From the NCBI RefSeq assembly GCF_009914755.1, contig NC_060934.1: a stretch of 64,000 nucleotides of DNA; one strand, written 5' to 3'. The DNA is from the human T2T-CHM13v2.0 reference genome, Homo sapiens. Under the pieces are notes generated by a model that was not told the DNA's origin, did no database searches, and worked only from the letters and a program-made list of their open reading frames with translations. Shown here one piece after another: positions 1-13,720 of the stretch (position 1 is its first letter; each line of letters opens with the position of its first letter). The position numbers were made by a program, and so were the translations under genes.

Positions 1-3000
1 GCTTTTATGTTTAGGTCTAAGATCTATTTTTAGTTAATTTTGGAGGCAATGTGAGACAAGGGTCTCAGTTTATGTTTCTGTATATGGATACCCATGTGTC
101 CCAGCACTGTCTGTCAAAAGGACAAAGCTTTCTCTTTAGAACTGCCCTGCCATCTCTATCAAAAGTCAGTTGGCCATAAATATAAGGATTTATTTCTGGA
201 CTCTCAATTATGCTACATTGATCTATATACTTTATATCAATACTTCAGTGTCTCCATTACTCTAGCATTAGAATAAGTTTTGGACAGAAGAACTGTAAGT
301 CCTCTGACTTTGTTATTTTTTAAAATGTACATATATAATCTAGAATCAGTGTGTCACTTTCAACAAAAAACTGTTTCCACATTTAGAGATTTTCCTGCAG
401 TCGTTTTGTTGTTAATTTCTAGTTTGATTTCACTGTGCTCAGAGAACACATTCTCTATTATTTCAATTATTTCAAATTTGTTGAGGCTTGTTTTTCAGCC
501 CAGGATATGGTCTATTTTGATGAATGTCCCATGGAGCCTTGAAAAAATAATTGTTTTTTTACTGTTGGTTAGAGTGTTTGATCTGTCTCAATTGGGCACC
601 ATTGGTTGATTGTGTTGTTTAGATCTTCAATAACCATGCTAATTTGCTATCTACAGCAGGTCAATCAGTAGATGAGGGGGAGGAATTGAAGGATCTAACT
701 AAAACTATAGATTTAGCTATTTCTTCTCTCTGTTCTTTCAGTTTTTGATGTTTAAATTTTGTGGTTCTGTTGTTTGACTTGTACTCATGTGGAAACTTGT
801 CTTTCTGATGGATTGAGCCTTTATCATCTAATGTCCATCTTCACCTCTAGTAAGGTTTTTTGCCCTGAAGTCCATCTTATCAGCTACAGTACATCCACAC
901 CTGATTTATTTTATTGTTTGTGTGTTATATCTTTTTCCATCCTTTTACTTTCAATCTACTTACGTCACTGTGTATAAAGTGAATTTCCTATAAAAAGCAT
1001 ACCAGTTGGGTCATTTTTCTAATCCACTCTGTGAGTCTCTGAAATTTGATTGATGTATTTAGATCATTTACATTTAAAATAAATAGTATTTCAGCAATTA
1101 AGGCTACCATATTATTGTTTGTTTTCTGGTTATTTCCTGTAATTCTCATTCCTCTGTTTCTTTGTGTTACTTGCATAAATTTTAAGATCTACCTATAGGA
1201 ATTCTGAGTGTATTGTTTTTGCAAAGTTATTTTAGTGATTGCTTTGGTCATTACAATACACATATGTGACTTTACACGGTCTATTGGCACCAACATTCCA
1301 TTGCTTTGACAGGACTTTTGACTTCTATTTAGGTCATTTTGCCTCACTCACTTTTAAACAGTGTTGTCTTGAGCATCAGACAATTCTATAATTTTTATTT
1401 AAATCCTCAAATGTGATTTTTAAAACTCACGACTATTCATGGAAAGAACACTCTACCATATGTACTCCTATTTCTGCTCTTTCCATTATTCCTTCTTCCT
1501 TCCTAAGGCTCCAACATTTTTCTGTTTCAAGATAATATTTTAGTCATTAAAGTTGGTCTGACAGTGACAATCTCTTTTAGCTTTCCTTCTTCTGAGAATG
1601 TCTTTATTTCCCTTTCATGCCTGGAGGACAGTTTTGCTGGATATAAAATTTGGGGTTGGCAGTTCTTTTATTTTGGTATTTAAAAATGTGCCATTTCCTT
1701 CTGCCCTTCATGGATTCAGAGCAGAAATGCACTGTCATTCAACTTTGTTTTCTGTTCAATTATCATGTGTTTTCAAGTGGATTTTATTGAGATTATTATG
1801 CCTGGCATTCACTCAGTTTCTTAAACCTATAGGGCTTTGTCTTTTGCCAAATTTGGGGAGTTTTCAGCCATTATTTCTTCTAATACTGTTTTAGATCCAC
1901 TCTGTTTATCCTCTCCTTCTGGAACTCTGATGATAGAATGTTGGATCTTTTGTCCTGTAGGTCCTTGATGTCTGTTCATTTTTTGTTTGTTTTTAGTCTA
2001 TTTTCTCTCTGTTGTTCAGATTAGATAAATTCTATTGCTCTGTCATCCACTTCACAAACTATCCACTGACATCTCCACTCTCCTATTGAGCCCGAACAGT
2101 GAGTTTTTCATTTCTGTTTTTGTACTTTTTAGTTCTATAATTTCCATATGTTTGTTTTTTTCTTTATTGGCTGAGATTTTTTTATTTTGTCAACTGTTTT
2201 AAGATAATTTGAATTGATGATTGAATCTTTTTTTTTTTTTTAATAAAAACTGCTTTAAGCCTGCAGGTGGTGCCTCATGCCTGCAATCCCAGCATTTTTG
2301 GAGGATGAGGTGGGTGGATCACCTGAGGTCACGAGTTTGAGACCAACCTAGACAACATGGTGAAATCCCGTCTCTACTAAACATGCAAAAAAATAGCTGG
2401 GCATGGTGGTGGGTGCCTGTAATCCCAGCTACTTGAGAGGCTGAGGCAGGAGAATCATTTGAATCTAGGAGGGTTGCAGTGAGCCAAGATCATGCTATTG
2501 CACTCCAGCCTGGGCAACAAGAGTGAAACTCCATCTCATAGAAAGAAAAAAACTGCTTCAAAATTTTTGTCAGATAATTTCAACACCTGATTCATCCCAG
2601 TGTTGATCTGATCTATTATCTCTTCTCATTCAAGTTGTGATTTTTGTGGTTTTTAAAATGATGGGTGGTTTTTTTATAGTAGCTTGTCAGAAGGTCCCAG
2701 GTCCTATATAAATCTCTTATTTTTGTAGGCAGTCACCCAGGTTTATCATGTAATCTTGGTCTGCTTCTATGGGCTATAGTTCCAATGGCATTTTCATTTT
2801 CAGAGACTTTACAGTATTATTTTGGTCTGTTTGGTTTATATGGTGCCACTGGGCCCTGCTGGTGCTGCCAGAGGGGACAGAGAGAGTTTCCTCAGATTTG
2901 GAAGCTGGATGTTTTTCAGTAGGGGAGAGAAGCCTCACACCCATGGAGATGAAGAAGCTTCCTTGCTGGGCCACTTTTGTGTCTAGGTGCCTCTTGCTGG

Positions 3001-3400
3001 CTCTTCCCTGAAGCCTTGGTGTCACCTGGTTGAGGAAGGGAGTCTTAGCCTGGAAGAAAAAGTGAGCTCTTCCTCTGGTGCTCATTGTGGGAGGAGCCCC
3101 TGATCCATCCTCTTTGCAGCTGATGCTGGGCTCACTTGAGGTTTTCAGGGGAACTCCCCTTTGATCCAGGGGAGGAATGAGCTTACCTGAATGTTTTCTG
3201 TTGCTAGATTGGAGTAGGAAAAAAGCAAGTCTGGGTGACCTTCTGCTGTTGGATGGGAAAACATAAGATGTCTAGCAGTTGTGTTACTCCTCCAGTCCTG
3301 GGATTCCAAACCAGTTTACCTTCTTTTCACCACCTTTCAAAGTCTTCATTTGGTTGTCTCTTATGTTATTTCCAAGGTTTAAAGCTTTACTCAGCAGGAA
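1..3400 (-). mobile_element. Old L1M LINE fragments (ORF2/ORF1/5' region), interrupted by an Alu
   Basis: Minus ORF 988-1176 contains ILNVNDLNTSIKFQRLTEWIRK, a decayed L1 ORF2p endonuclease N-terminus. T-rich antisense L1 composition throughout. Confidence 0.8.
2259..2547 (+). mobile_element. AluS (Sq/Sx-like)
   Basis: Dimeric Alu with A-tail; TSD aaaaactgctt(t/c)aa at 2245-2258 and 2548-2561. Confidence 0.95.
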
Positions 3401-3904
3401 AGAGAAGGAAGAAATTGACCTATGCCATCTTGTCTGGATCAGAAGTCCCAAATTTTTAAACGCTTTGAATTAGCACTATCTCTTATAACTATTATGTTAC
3501 CTATAAAGTGTGCCTCACCAGCTAAAAGCAGGGCATACAGTAAGTCAGCATTGGTGAAGAGAATTGGGGGTGTTTGTGGTCAAAATGTATCAAAGTGGTT
3601 CAGAGCAAGTGTGAGCCCCTTCCTAAACTGGGGAGCAGCTCTGCAGGACCATACACCAAGCCTCCTCCAGCAAGCCTGCTGGGCCAGCAAAAGCTGCATG
3701 CTCTCTGGATCCCTGGGGGTGAAAACCAGACTGTAGACCTTGGAAACATGCAAATGCATGCAGGATACACATTTGCAGGCATATTTGTGGACAAATATGC
3801 AGACTTTTAGGTAAAACTACAAATTTAATCAATTTATTGGTAATATCAAAAGAAAGTTAAATGGCAAAGAGTTTCATCTGAAAAAAGGAAGAAAATATTC
3901 TTAC

Positions 3905-3938
3905 CTGTTCTGAGGGCATTTCACCAAATAATGTCTCA
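3905..3938 (-). CDS. VSTM4: VSTM4 exon 5 (34 nt; VRHYLVKCPQNS, cytoplasmic)
   Basis: Too short for the ORF track. Acceptor tttttcctttcacag|TG, donor ACAG|gtaaga; continues the frame from exon 4. Confidence 0.93.
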
Positions 3939-4558
3939 CTGTGAAAGGAAAAATAATAGAAGATGGTAAACCAATGCTACTTCAGATATATATGCTCCAG
4001 GAATTACAAGGAAATGCCGGGAGCCAGGTGTTGTTCAGGTATTGGTGCTATACCACCCAACTCTCAAGACTTGCATTCTTCTGTTTGGAAGAGCACAGCA
4101 GAGCCATCACATGAACACAACAGTGACTGGATATGTCCCAGCCAGGGATCTAGCCAGGCATTAAGCCATACACCCCAGACTTCCTGGGTATTCATTTTGG
4201 GCCAAGGCAGGTTAAGTTGGGATCCTGGAGTAATAGAGTCACTCAACCTCTAAGCTCTGCCTGAGTCATAAGAAAGCCCTCTTGAGGCCAGATGGAATAA
4301 CGTGTCCATTTAGAAGCTCCTCATTGAAAAATGAGTTTGAATTCTCTGATTAATGCTCTTCCAGGACTAAAAAGAGGCCCTCGGGAAAAGAGTCTTGGAC
4401 CAAAACCTCCTCCTACAGGAAAACCAAATGATTCTGGCTGCAGAGGAAAAGTAAGAATACCTAGGCACATAATCCAGCAAGTGTCCACTCTGAGGTTCAC
4501 AGCTGAATTTACTTCAAATAGAGGTAAAGCTGAAACAACCAGGGGGACCCTTGAATTG

Positions 4559-5021
4559 TGTGGTAGATTGTTACATCAGTGGACTCAGTGAATCACACCT
4601 CCTTGTATGTGTCCACACCCATGTGTACCCCCTCCCAAACTGACTCTGGGCTTGGCCATATGAACTTGCTTTGGTCAAGAGAACATTAGCCAATGTGTCA
4701 CAAGCAGAGGTGTAAAAGACACCTGTGCTATGGGGTTTGCCCTCTCTTGTTGCAGGGAATTTTTCTGTCACCACATGAGGAAGCCTGGCTAGCCTACTGG
4801 AAGATGAGACTACACGGAGCAGACACCAGCTGTCCCAGCCAAGGCCCCGAACAACCAGGTCCCAGGTAATGCATCAAGAGACTGCAGCTGCATGAATGAC
4901 TCCAGCTGAGACCAGCAGAAGAAATGGTCAGCTAAGCCCAGCCCAAACTGGCAACCTGTGGAATTGAGAGCAGATAATAGTTGCTTTAAGCTGTTACATA
5001 TGGGGTGATCTGTTACGCAGC
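4559..5021 (+). mobile_element. MaLR solo LTR (MLT1G/H-like)
   Basis: TGTGGTAG start; MLT1 motifs ttggccatatgaacttgctttgg, cagctaagcccagcccaaa and tggggtgatctgttacgcagc. Confidence 0.75.
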
Positions 5022-5238
5022 TTCCAAAGTAAGATGAGAGAATCTCAGCTTCAAATGGAACTGTACAGGTTTATCTCGTTCAGCCTCCTATTAATACCTA
5101 AACTCTTTCTGTATTCCATTTACCGAGCATCTACTGTATACTAGATAATCTATAGATGCAACAATAATAACAACCATAGTTAGTATTTATCGAACATTTC
5201 ATGTGTCCCTGGCACTATTCTAAGCTTATTAGATGGAT

Positions 5239-6473
5239 CAGTGGTCTTCAGTCTAGGGTCTGGATACCCCTGGGTACTCTTTGGCAAAACAGTTTTAAGG
5301 AATCACCTTAACATCCTCACCTCCCATGGTATTCTTTCCTAAGAATGCATTCTCTTAGAACATGCCTGAGGTCTGGCCGTATTCATTTCCCTTCCCCGCT
5401 TTTAACATCACCCTTTTCTATTCATAAAATCAAAGCACACCATCCTGGAGACCTGTCCCAGATTGAAACGTAAATGAGACATCAAACAAGAATTAATGTA
5501 AAATACTAATATCTGTGTCAATAAAGCAAATTATTAACTAGGCAACTAAATCTTTCACAAGGGGGGGATGTTTCTAATACTTTGCTTTCAACAAGGATTG
5601 AATAATGACCTAATCCAATTGTCATCTGGTAGAGTATTAAAAATCATTTTGGATGATAAATCATGATGTGACTTTTGACATATACCTTGGAAGTAGTTCT
5701 AAAAATTGAGGAGTATAAGAAAATTTCATTCATTCATTCATACTCTGTTTATATTGAAGTATTTCAGAGCTAATATCTATTAACAAAATTGATGATAAAT
5801 TTTATCCCTAAAAAATTCATACCAGGGTATATGAAGTAAAAATAAAAATCAATTTCAATAAAAATGCATTCCCAATAAATTTTGCTTTTTATGGCTATTA
5901 TGTATCTAAATTTATGATATGTTTATGTCATCTTGATTAATCTTATGCTAATTTTCCAAAGTTTACTAATTGTGCAATACTAATAAGTCAATCTAAAAAA
6001 TATTTTAACAGACACTTATGAAATGAGGAAATTAAAAAATTATTAATTTAAATTTGTACACACATATTATCTTACAGATAAGTAAAATAGGGTAATCAAT
6101 AAAGAACCTTCAAAACAAAAGATGTATTACAGTAGGATGAAATTTTGTGGGGAAGTGTACTGAAGATAAAAATTCAAGGAGAAGAAGGAACAATACAAAA
6201 TTTCTAACAGTTAAAGCTTGTTTGGGTAGGTACTTTTTTTCTCATGATGGCTTTAAATAAATGAAGACAGTCATTAAATTCAAGACATTTAGATGTGAAA
6301 GAAAGATGGATCTAATCATTTCATTTTTAAGATGTCAAAGATGGAAATTACATCTTTCGCAACAATTTACATTTATGATGAAAAAGTTTAGATGTCAACA
6401 AAAAAATGATTGAGTGCATAGTTTTTGAAATTATTTTAGGAACTATGCAAGCAAAAAAGTTTGAAGACCACAA
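5239..6473 (+). mobile_element. hAT-Charlie DNA transposon remnant
   Basis: Terminal inverted repeats CAGTGGTCTTCA...TGAAGACCAC. Internal decayed transposase-like peptide (DLIQLSSGRVLKIILDDKS*CDF*) near 5600-5680. Confidence 0.7.
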
Positions 6474-6487
6474 CTTTGCATTCTAAC

Positions 6488-6584
6488 TTAATCTTCACAG
6501 TAGCCTTGTCATTACTTTTATCTTACAGCGGAGGACACTGAAGCACAGAGAGGTTAATAAACTTGCCCAAAGTCACTCAGGTGA
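6488..6584 (-). mobile_element. MIR core (other pieces at ~5160-5238 and ~6974-7025)
   Basis: acagcggaggacactgaagcacagagaggttaataaacttgcccaaagtcac matches the antisense MIR core. Confidence 0.8.
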
Positions 6585-6973
6585 TGTTACGGGCTGAATT
6601 ATGTCTCCTCCACTGAGCCTAACTGAAGCCTAATCCTCAGTACTTCAGAATGTGACTGTATTTGGAGATAGGGTCTTTAAAGAGGTAACTAAGTTAAAAT
6701 GAGGCCATTAGGCTGGGCCCTTATCTAATCTGACTAGTGTCCTTAAAAGTGAAGGAGATTGCAACAAAGACAGGCACAGAGGGAAGACCATGTGAAGACA
6801 CAGGGAGAGCAGCGGTCTCTAAAGCCCAGGAGAGAGGCTTCAGGGGAAATGAATCCCGCTGACACCTTGATCTCAAGACTTCTGGCCTTTAAAAGTGTGA
6901 GATAATAAATTTCTGTTGTTAAAGCCATGCAGTATGTGGTACTTTGCTGTGGCGGCCTCCGCAACCTAATACA
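6585..6973 (+). mobile_element. MLT1B solo LTR
   Basis: TGTTACGGGCTGAATT...CTAATACA; diagnostic cagaatgtgactgtatttggagatagggtctttaaagaggtaa. Confidence 0.9.
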
Positions 6974-7025
6974 CCTGGGAAGTGCCAAAGTTGGGCAGCT
7001 TGGCTCCAGAGCCCTCTTGTAACTA

Positions 7026-7347
7026 TAGTCATCCCTCATATCTTTGGGGCATTGATTCCAGAACCTCCCAAGGATACCGAAATCCGAAGATGCTCAAGAC
7101 CCTTATATAAAATGGAGTAGTATTTCCATATAACCTACGCACATCCTCCTGTATACTTTTAATCATCTCTAGATTACTTGTAATACATAATACAAGGTAA
7201 ATGCTATGTAAACCATTGTTATGTTTTTTTCATCAGTATGATTTGTATTATTGTATTGTTATTTTTAATTGTTTTTTAATCAAATATTTTTTATCCGAGT
7301 TTGGTTGAATCCTCAGTGCAGAACCTGTGGATAGGGAGGACCAACTG
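7026..7347 (+). mobile_element. MER2 (TcMar-Tigger)
   Basis: Matches recalled MER2 (gatgctcaagacccttatataaaatgg, cacatcctcctgtatacttta); TA at both ends. Confidence 0.9.
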
Positions 7348-7876
7348 TACTCTGCACCATTCTCAGAGACACTGGGCAGCTGGCGTCAGGGGTCCTGCAG
7401 GTGGGGAAATAGAGTCTCACAGAAGAAATGGCCAGACCACTGTGCCACAGCTGGAGCCAAGCAGAGATGGTACTGGGACCCAAGATAATCCCATGAGCTG
7501 ACCGGTGTTTTGATAAGTCCAGTGCTCGAGGTAGCAAGGTGAGCAGCCTGGAGATCAGGAATGCAGGGAACAGTAGAGCAGCTGCAGGGTTCCCCGGAGG
7601 CAGGGAGCCGACTAAGAAGGGCCAGGAGCCCGATGAGGCCAGACAGTGCCAGGGTACAGGAGATGCACCCCTGCCAGCGCTTGCTGAGGCACCGTTCTGA
7701 GATCTCGGCAGCATGTATGTGGGGTTGATGGTCCCATTAAGAGGGACTGCCCACAGGATCAAAAGTGATTCTGGACATCAAAGATGAGGTTTACAGGCAC
7801 CTGAGAAATAGACTTCACTGAGAGTCACCCTTAAATATGCATAGCATAATTAGTGCTATTAATATTTACCGAAGTG

Positions 7877-8045
7877 TGCCAACCCAGATTAGCCTCCCCA
7901 AGAAGCAGAAATCCTAAGAAAAAGATTCAAGTGTCAAGAGTTTATGTGGGAGGTGATCCTAGGAAACCCACTGGAAAGTGCGGGAGACCAAGAAGAGAAT
8001 CAGCCAATAAAGGGTGCGTAATGGAGCCAATACACCCCGTGGGCT
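7877..8045 (-). mobile_element. ERVL LTR fragment (LTR33/LTR16-like)
   Basis: gattcaagtg...gtttatgtgggaggtgatcctaggaaac...cagccaataaagggtgcgt motif. Confidence 0.6.
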
Positions 8046-9037
8046 GTGGCCTGGCACCAGGCACTTGACCTAGAAGCAACCGTCCTGCACAGAGGTGAAC
8101 ATTCAGGACGTGTTCTCAAATGGTTATTTTAGGATCCTTAGGACTTTGAAGACTCTGAAAGGAAGGCTTATTTTTGCAACCTCTCCTGATAAGAAGAAGC
8201 AGGCCCTGGGCCACTCCCTACCACCCCCACCCTTTCTTCTTCTTTTCAGCTGAAACCATGCTGCTCACACTCTCACCCCATGGCAAACCTCCCAGATGGC
8301 ATGTCCAGCCTGAAGGCTCTGTCTTCCCCATCTAGACCTGTCCCTATCACCACTGCCACCCCAAGCTGGGTGATTTGAGGTGGAGGCAGCCTTACTCCCA
8401 TCTTATCAGGCCCCGTAACAGTGTTGGGACCTCCAAGGCATGGTTGATATCTACCCACCTTACCCCTATGCCCTGGCCACGTCTTCTGACCTCCAGGCTT
8501 TGCACAGGCCCCGCAATAGGACCCATGGATGTTTCTGCTGTATCCATCAAGTGTCTGCACTCGAGGCAAGGACTGTGGCAACCCTGGCGTTGCAAGGGGT
8601 CACAGTACTTCATGCACAGTAAGCACCCAGGAGCATTTTCAGAGTGAAGGACCACAGTACTCTCCCCATCTCCTGCAGCCCAGCACAGGCTGGGAGCCCT
8701 GCAGCCTGAGAAAGCACCTCCCTCATTCAGGTCTCAACCCATAGCCCCTGCCTGCATTTACCCAGTGGGAGAGAAAGGACCAGGGTGCACCCCTTACTAC
8801 ACACAGCCCTGTTTCCACCATGTCAGGCCCCAGAGCCCAGCCCCCTCCAGGAATCAGTCCTGCCTGGACAACCTTCCAGGCCTACAGTTATAAGGACAGG
8901 ACCACCTCTATCACCAAGTGGGAAGCTGAGGAGAAGCAAGTCCTCCACCTCCTGCCCCTTTGGCACAAAAAGCCACTTAGAGGCCACATTTCTCACATGC
9001 AAAGGACCAGCATGCACAGCTGTCTGTCCAGGGTCCC

Positions 9038-9350
9038 ATAGTCCCACATGGCAGCCATGAGCTCCAGGTGGCTATCAAGTCCCAAAATGTGATGAATCCA
9101 AAATGAGATGTGCTGGAGTGTGAGATCACACCAGATGATAAAGCCACACCTTAGCATAAAAAAAGAAATATCACATATCTCATTCATCATCTTTATTTGT
9201 TGATACTGTTGGAATGATATTCCAGATACAGTGGGTTAAGTAAAAATATTAAAATTAATTTTACCTGTTGCTTTTTACCTTTTTGAATGTGACTACTAAA
9301 AAAAAAATGGTCAGATCACCTGTATGGCTGACATATTTCTAGGGGGCATC
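9038..9350 (-). mobile_element. MER33 (hAT-Charlie)
   Basis: Reverse match to MER33 (tgagatgtgctg, ttaaaattaattttacctgtt, aatgtgactacta). Confidence 0.8.
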
Positions 9351-11529
9351 ATGAAAAGGGCCTTCACTTGTCTGAGCAGCTGGGCTGCCAGTGGTGAAGG
9401 GGCACCCCAGGAAGGATGAGCCCTGCACATGAGAAGGTGCCCCTGCAGCTGCCCATGCCAGGAACGGCAGTCACTCAGCACAGTGAAAGTACCTCCCACA
9501 GCCCCAAGAGGTAAGAGGAACCTTCATTCCAATGTTAGAGAAGAGTCAGGAGTTCAGAAGACCCACTTTATAAATAAGGGAGCTTGAATCTAGGCTCCAA
9601 GTCCCGTGCTCCAGGGAGGCTAACCAACCCCCACAAAGGAAAGATGGGTGCTCAGGGGGCCTGACCAGAGAGCCAGCTGAGCCTCCCGGCACCCACTGAA
9701 GAACCAGAGAGATCTCGCTCCAGCTGTCCAGGTATTTGACTCCAGATGAATGAGTCCTTCCTCCTCTCAAAGGCCCCAGGCCATCCTCTGCTCCTCATCC
9801 ACAGCCACCCCATTCTGTGCTTGGAGGCCTCCTCCCCACCCGAGTCTGGCTGTGGGTGGGATGTAACCTCCAGCTCCCTTTTCTTGCATCTCTCTGGAAG
9901 GAACAGCCACAGGCCCTTAGCTTCATCCTCATGGAGAAGCAGAGTGCCTGGGACAGGGGAGTCATGGGTGTTTAACAAGCCTTGGGAGGTTCTGTTTCCA
10001 GTTCTAGCACAATCTGTGCAAACCAAACAGTATCACAGCTCACACTGATGAGTACAGAGAAAGAAGCCAGGCCACTCCTCTTTCCTATCTAGTTCGAGTT
10101 TGTGCCTTAAAAACTGCACATTTAAAAGCTCAGACACAGAAGGTTGGATTGTTGGAGCCACTCCAAGGCAGCAGGTCAGGACTAATTCGCGAACAAGCAA
10201 AAGCCTTTGGAAACAAGTATGATTGAGGAACCAGAAGAATAATTCCAGGCTGGTGTTTTCCAGGATGACTCAGTGCTGTCAAGGCCCTGGGATGAGGTGC
10301 CTGGCACTGCGGGCACAACAAAGAGCAAGGACAGAGACTTGAGGCTCAGGAGGGAAGGGGAAACATGTTTGTGCTTGGCAAGCAACATATGTGTGCAATC
10401 AGCTCCAGCTCACTGAATGTTGAGCGCCCTTAGAGGCAAAGCAGTGCCAGGCTTGGGGTGAGGGCAGAGAAGCAGCAAGGCTGAGAGTGAAGAGGGGCTG
10501 GCCTGTGGCCTCCTGGCTCCTGGGATGGGCTGTGTTTATCTCAAGGTCCCACTGGGGGTTGCATCCGGAGTGGGACCAGCTACTCTGATGTCCTCTTTCC
10601 AGGCAGATGTTGCTGCAGGTGCTGGAGAGCAGGTGCCGGGCTCAGCTCTCCTGTCCACATGTGTGTAAGCAGCCTGCATACCTTGATGCCCTCAGCTCCC
10701 ACACATGCAGGAGGGGTTGGGTCTCCTGAATGTGGTCAGGATGAGGGAAGCCCAACAAACATACAACTGCATAGAGAGACTGGAAACCATGAACAGAACA
10801 AGGGCCTGTATCTTCCTCAAACCAAGCACTGTTCTCAGTAGTGTATAGATGTACTACTAATTTTAATCAAGGTGATGCAAAGTTTGTTATAGTGCAGTGC
10901 ATTAAATGACAGAATATGTTATATTTGAAAGTTAAGAGTGTTGCAGGTTTTAGTGATGTCATTTCTGAGGATCAGTGGGATCTTTGGACACACATGGCTT
11001 GGTCTACAAATGCTTGATTGCTTCCAATGAGAGCCATGGCCACCTTCAGCTAATCCATAAAAGGAGGAGCATCTTGTGGTGCAGCCTGACATGGGGGGAT
11101 GTGCCCTGTGCCTGCTGTAGAGCTGGTACCTGCCAGAGCCTAAGACTTTAGAATCACTGTCAGCCCCATGGCCCAAACCCCTTCTAAACCTGCTTGGATG
11201 CAAATAGGGCATGCTCCTCAGGAACCAGCTGGTTGCTGGGGTAACAGCTCAGCACCACCAATCCTCAGGCCCCACAGGTGGTCGCAGTTATGCCCCAGCC
11301 ACCAGGAATGATTGGGCAGTATCCCTTAATCCTCCTCAAACTTGTTCCTTGCTTGCTTGGCCTCCCTTGCTTCCCACTGGGCCTGGCAGTGAGAAGAGAC
11401 AGCAATAAAGTCTCCTTTGAGTGGTGATTTAAAGATAACCACACATTCCTCATCACTCTTCCTCTTCCCTAAGTCTGGCCCGTCCTCACAACTTGCTGTA
11501 ATTGATAGAATGTGGGAGAGTGACACAGT

Positions 11530-11859
11530 GCCAGCGTCCAGTCTAGGCATGTCCTTGGAGCCTGGAGCAAGTTGGGGGGTATGGCTACCTTGCTGGTGAC
11601 ACCACAGGGAGAGAAATATCACCAGCCCTGTTGTCCTATTTGTCTCAGAGGCAGGCCCCAGGGCTGAGAGTGGCACTACCTTGGATCTCCAGTCCTGGTC
11701 AACTTCAGGTGGCTGAAGACACACAGATGACTCCAGGTGACACTGCCAGAAGAACCACCCAGTTGAGCCCAGCCCAGTGCAGAATCTTGAACAAATAAAT
11801 GTTGTGTTAAGCCACTACTTCCTGGGTGATTTGTTACTCAGCAAGAGATACCTTGAACA
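11530..11859 (+). mobile_element. MLT1 (I/J-like) LTR 3' part
   Basis: agaaccacccagttgagcccagccc...aataaatgttgtgttaagccact...tgttactcagcaa...aaca. Confidence 0.65.
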
Positions 11860-13272
11860 TTTTGGGATTACCAGTGTGTGTTGACAGGAAAGGCAACTAT
11901 TCTTAGTTATACCTTCAAAGCCAGGAAAGAAGTCTTGACCACCTTAAAACAAGGCCATATTTATCATATCCTTTCTGTCCTATCATATCATTTTTGTTAT
12001 TAAATTTCATAGAGAAAAAAAGTTAGGAACAGTCCAGGCCTCATGGATCTACAGATCCATGCAGATCTACCAGCAAATCTACCTGCCAATCTGCTTCTGG
12101 AACACCACCTGAGCCTGAGCAACCTTCTTGGGCACCATCTAGGGGAGGGAACACCCTCAAAACCCCTTGCAGTGGTGCCAAGGCTCTGGGAGGACGGCTT
12201 CTGCTATGGCCCTGCAGTGGAAGGTACAGGGCTTAGATTCAGAGGAAGTGGGGTATGGGTCCTGAGCAATATCTGGGCAATTTGCCACTGCTCTGCATAT
12301 CCCCACCTTCTCAGCTAGGACACAGGGGCTTGATGTGACCACTTACACCCCAGACAGAGCATGGCAGAAGCAGAATCACTCACAGACAGTGTTCCATTTG
12401 CACCATGACTCCCTTGTTGAGCCTGTCTCAGGGGGTCCCAGAGGCCTTGTTTCCTCCAATTCAATGGACCTGGGAATAATCAGCTCAAAGCCCATGGTTT
12501 CCAGGGGGAACAATCCTGCCCTTCCCCCAACCACAGGACAACTTGGAACGCTCAGGGGATGTTCTGATTATAGCACTGATTGGGGACAATCCTTGACCAT
12601 TGATAGGCCATGGCAGGGAAGCTTGACATCTGTGATATATAGGAAAGTCCACAAATGAAGATTTCTCCTATAGACTTTGAGTAACCCTCTTGACATTCAT
12701 GCAGAAAAGAGGAAACCCGTTCATGAGAGCCTGGAAGCTAAGTCCAATTTATGTGGAAACACAAGGTGTGTATTTTCTCCATGCTAATGCACAATGAATG
12801 TTTAAAGGGTGTGCAAATTGGCTGAAGAGTGTTTTCTTTCATTAAAAACCCTACCAACAGTTGGGATGTTAGGAATCCCATCACCATGGGCAGTGCCTCT
12901 CCTGGATATTACAGCCCATCTGTGTCTGTCTATGCTGATCCTTGTCCCCTGCATGTTGAGTCTTCGCATATACAAACAGGTGCTTATCTAGCGTTTATTT
13001 CAAGCGTCAAATATAAAGGATTATTATCTTCTCTGAAATTCACACTGATTCAAAGAAGAGGTGTAATGCTAGAATTTGTCTCAGTGTGCTATAAATTGCT
13101 TTCCTCTGATTTTTCCTTTAATTATAAAGCATTAAGTTGATTTGAGGGGGTACACATAGTATAGCTCATCTATGAATTTCATTTTAAAATAGTAGAGATC
13201 ATTCCAAAATACTTGTTGTAAAAGCAGGATGCTTGATGGGATAGAGGTAAGAAGAACAGCTCTAAGGCCTTG

Positions 13273-13420
13273 CTACTCCAAGCATGGCCTCACACCAGCA
13301 GCAGAGCTGGCTGGAAATGTAGGATTGCAGGCCTGCCCCAGACATCCTGAATCAGAATCTGCATTTGAGCAGGTTCCCACGTGAACGGTCTGCTCCTGAA
13401 GTTTTGGGGAGGGCTGCTCT
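13273..13420. mobile_element. MER5-family hAT MITE
   Basis: caggcctgccccagacatcctgaatcagaatctgcattt core. Confidence 0.7.
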
Positions 13421-13720
13421 AAGACTCCTGGGCCCAGCTGAAGGAGACTACCTAGGCCCATCATGCACGGTCCTCCATCCTTGGCCCCACAGTGAGTTGA
13501 AAGATGCCTGGCTCCTGGAGGTGCATGGGGCAAGACCTGCCCTGCCAATGGGAGTTGCACTCAACCAAAACCAAACTACTAGGAGATGCAGGTACTGGCT
13601 AGAGCTGTCTTGGAAGAGCCTCAGCAACAACTGCCATGGAGGGCTAAAGAAAAATTCCCTTGGCAAGGTCAGCCCCCGATAGCCAAGGTTTTCTTGAATA
13701 GAAACATGAGAGGCTTGGGA

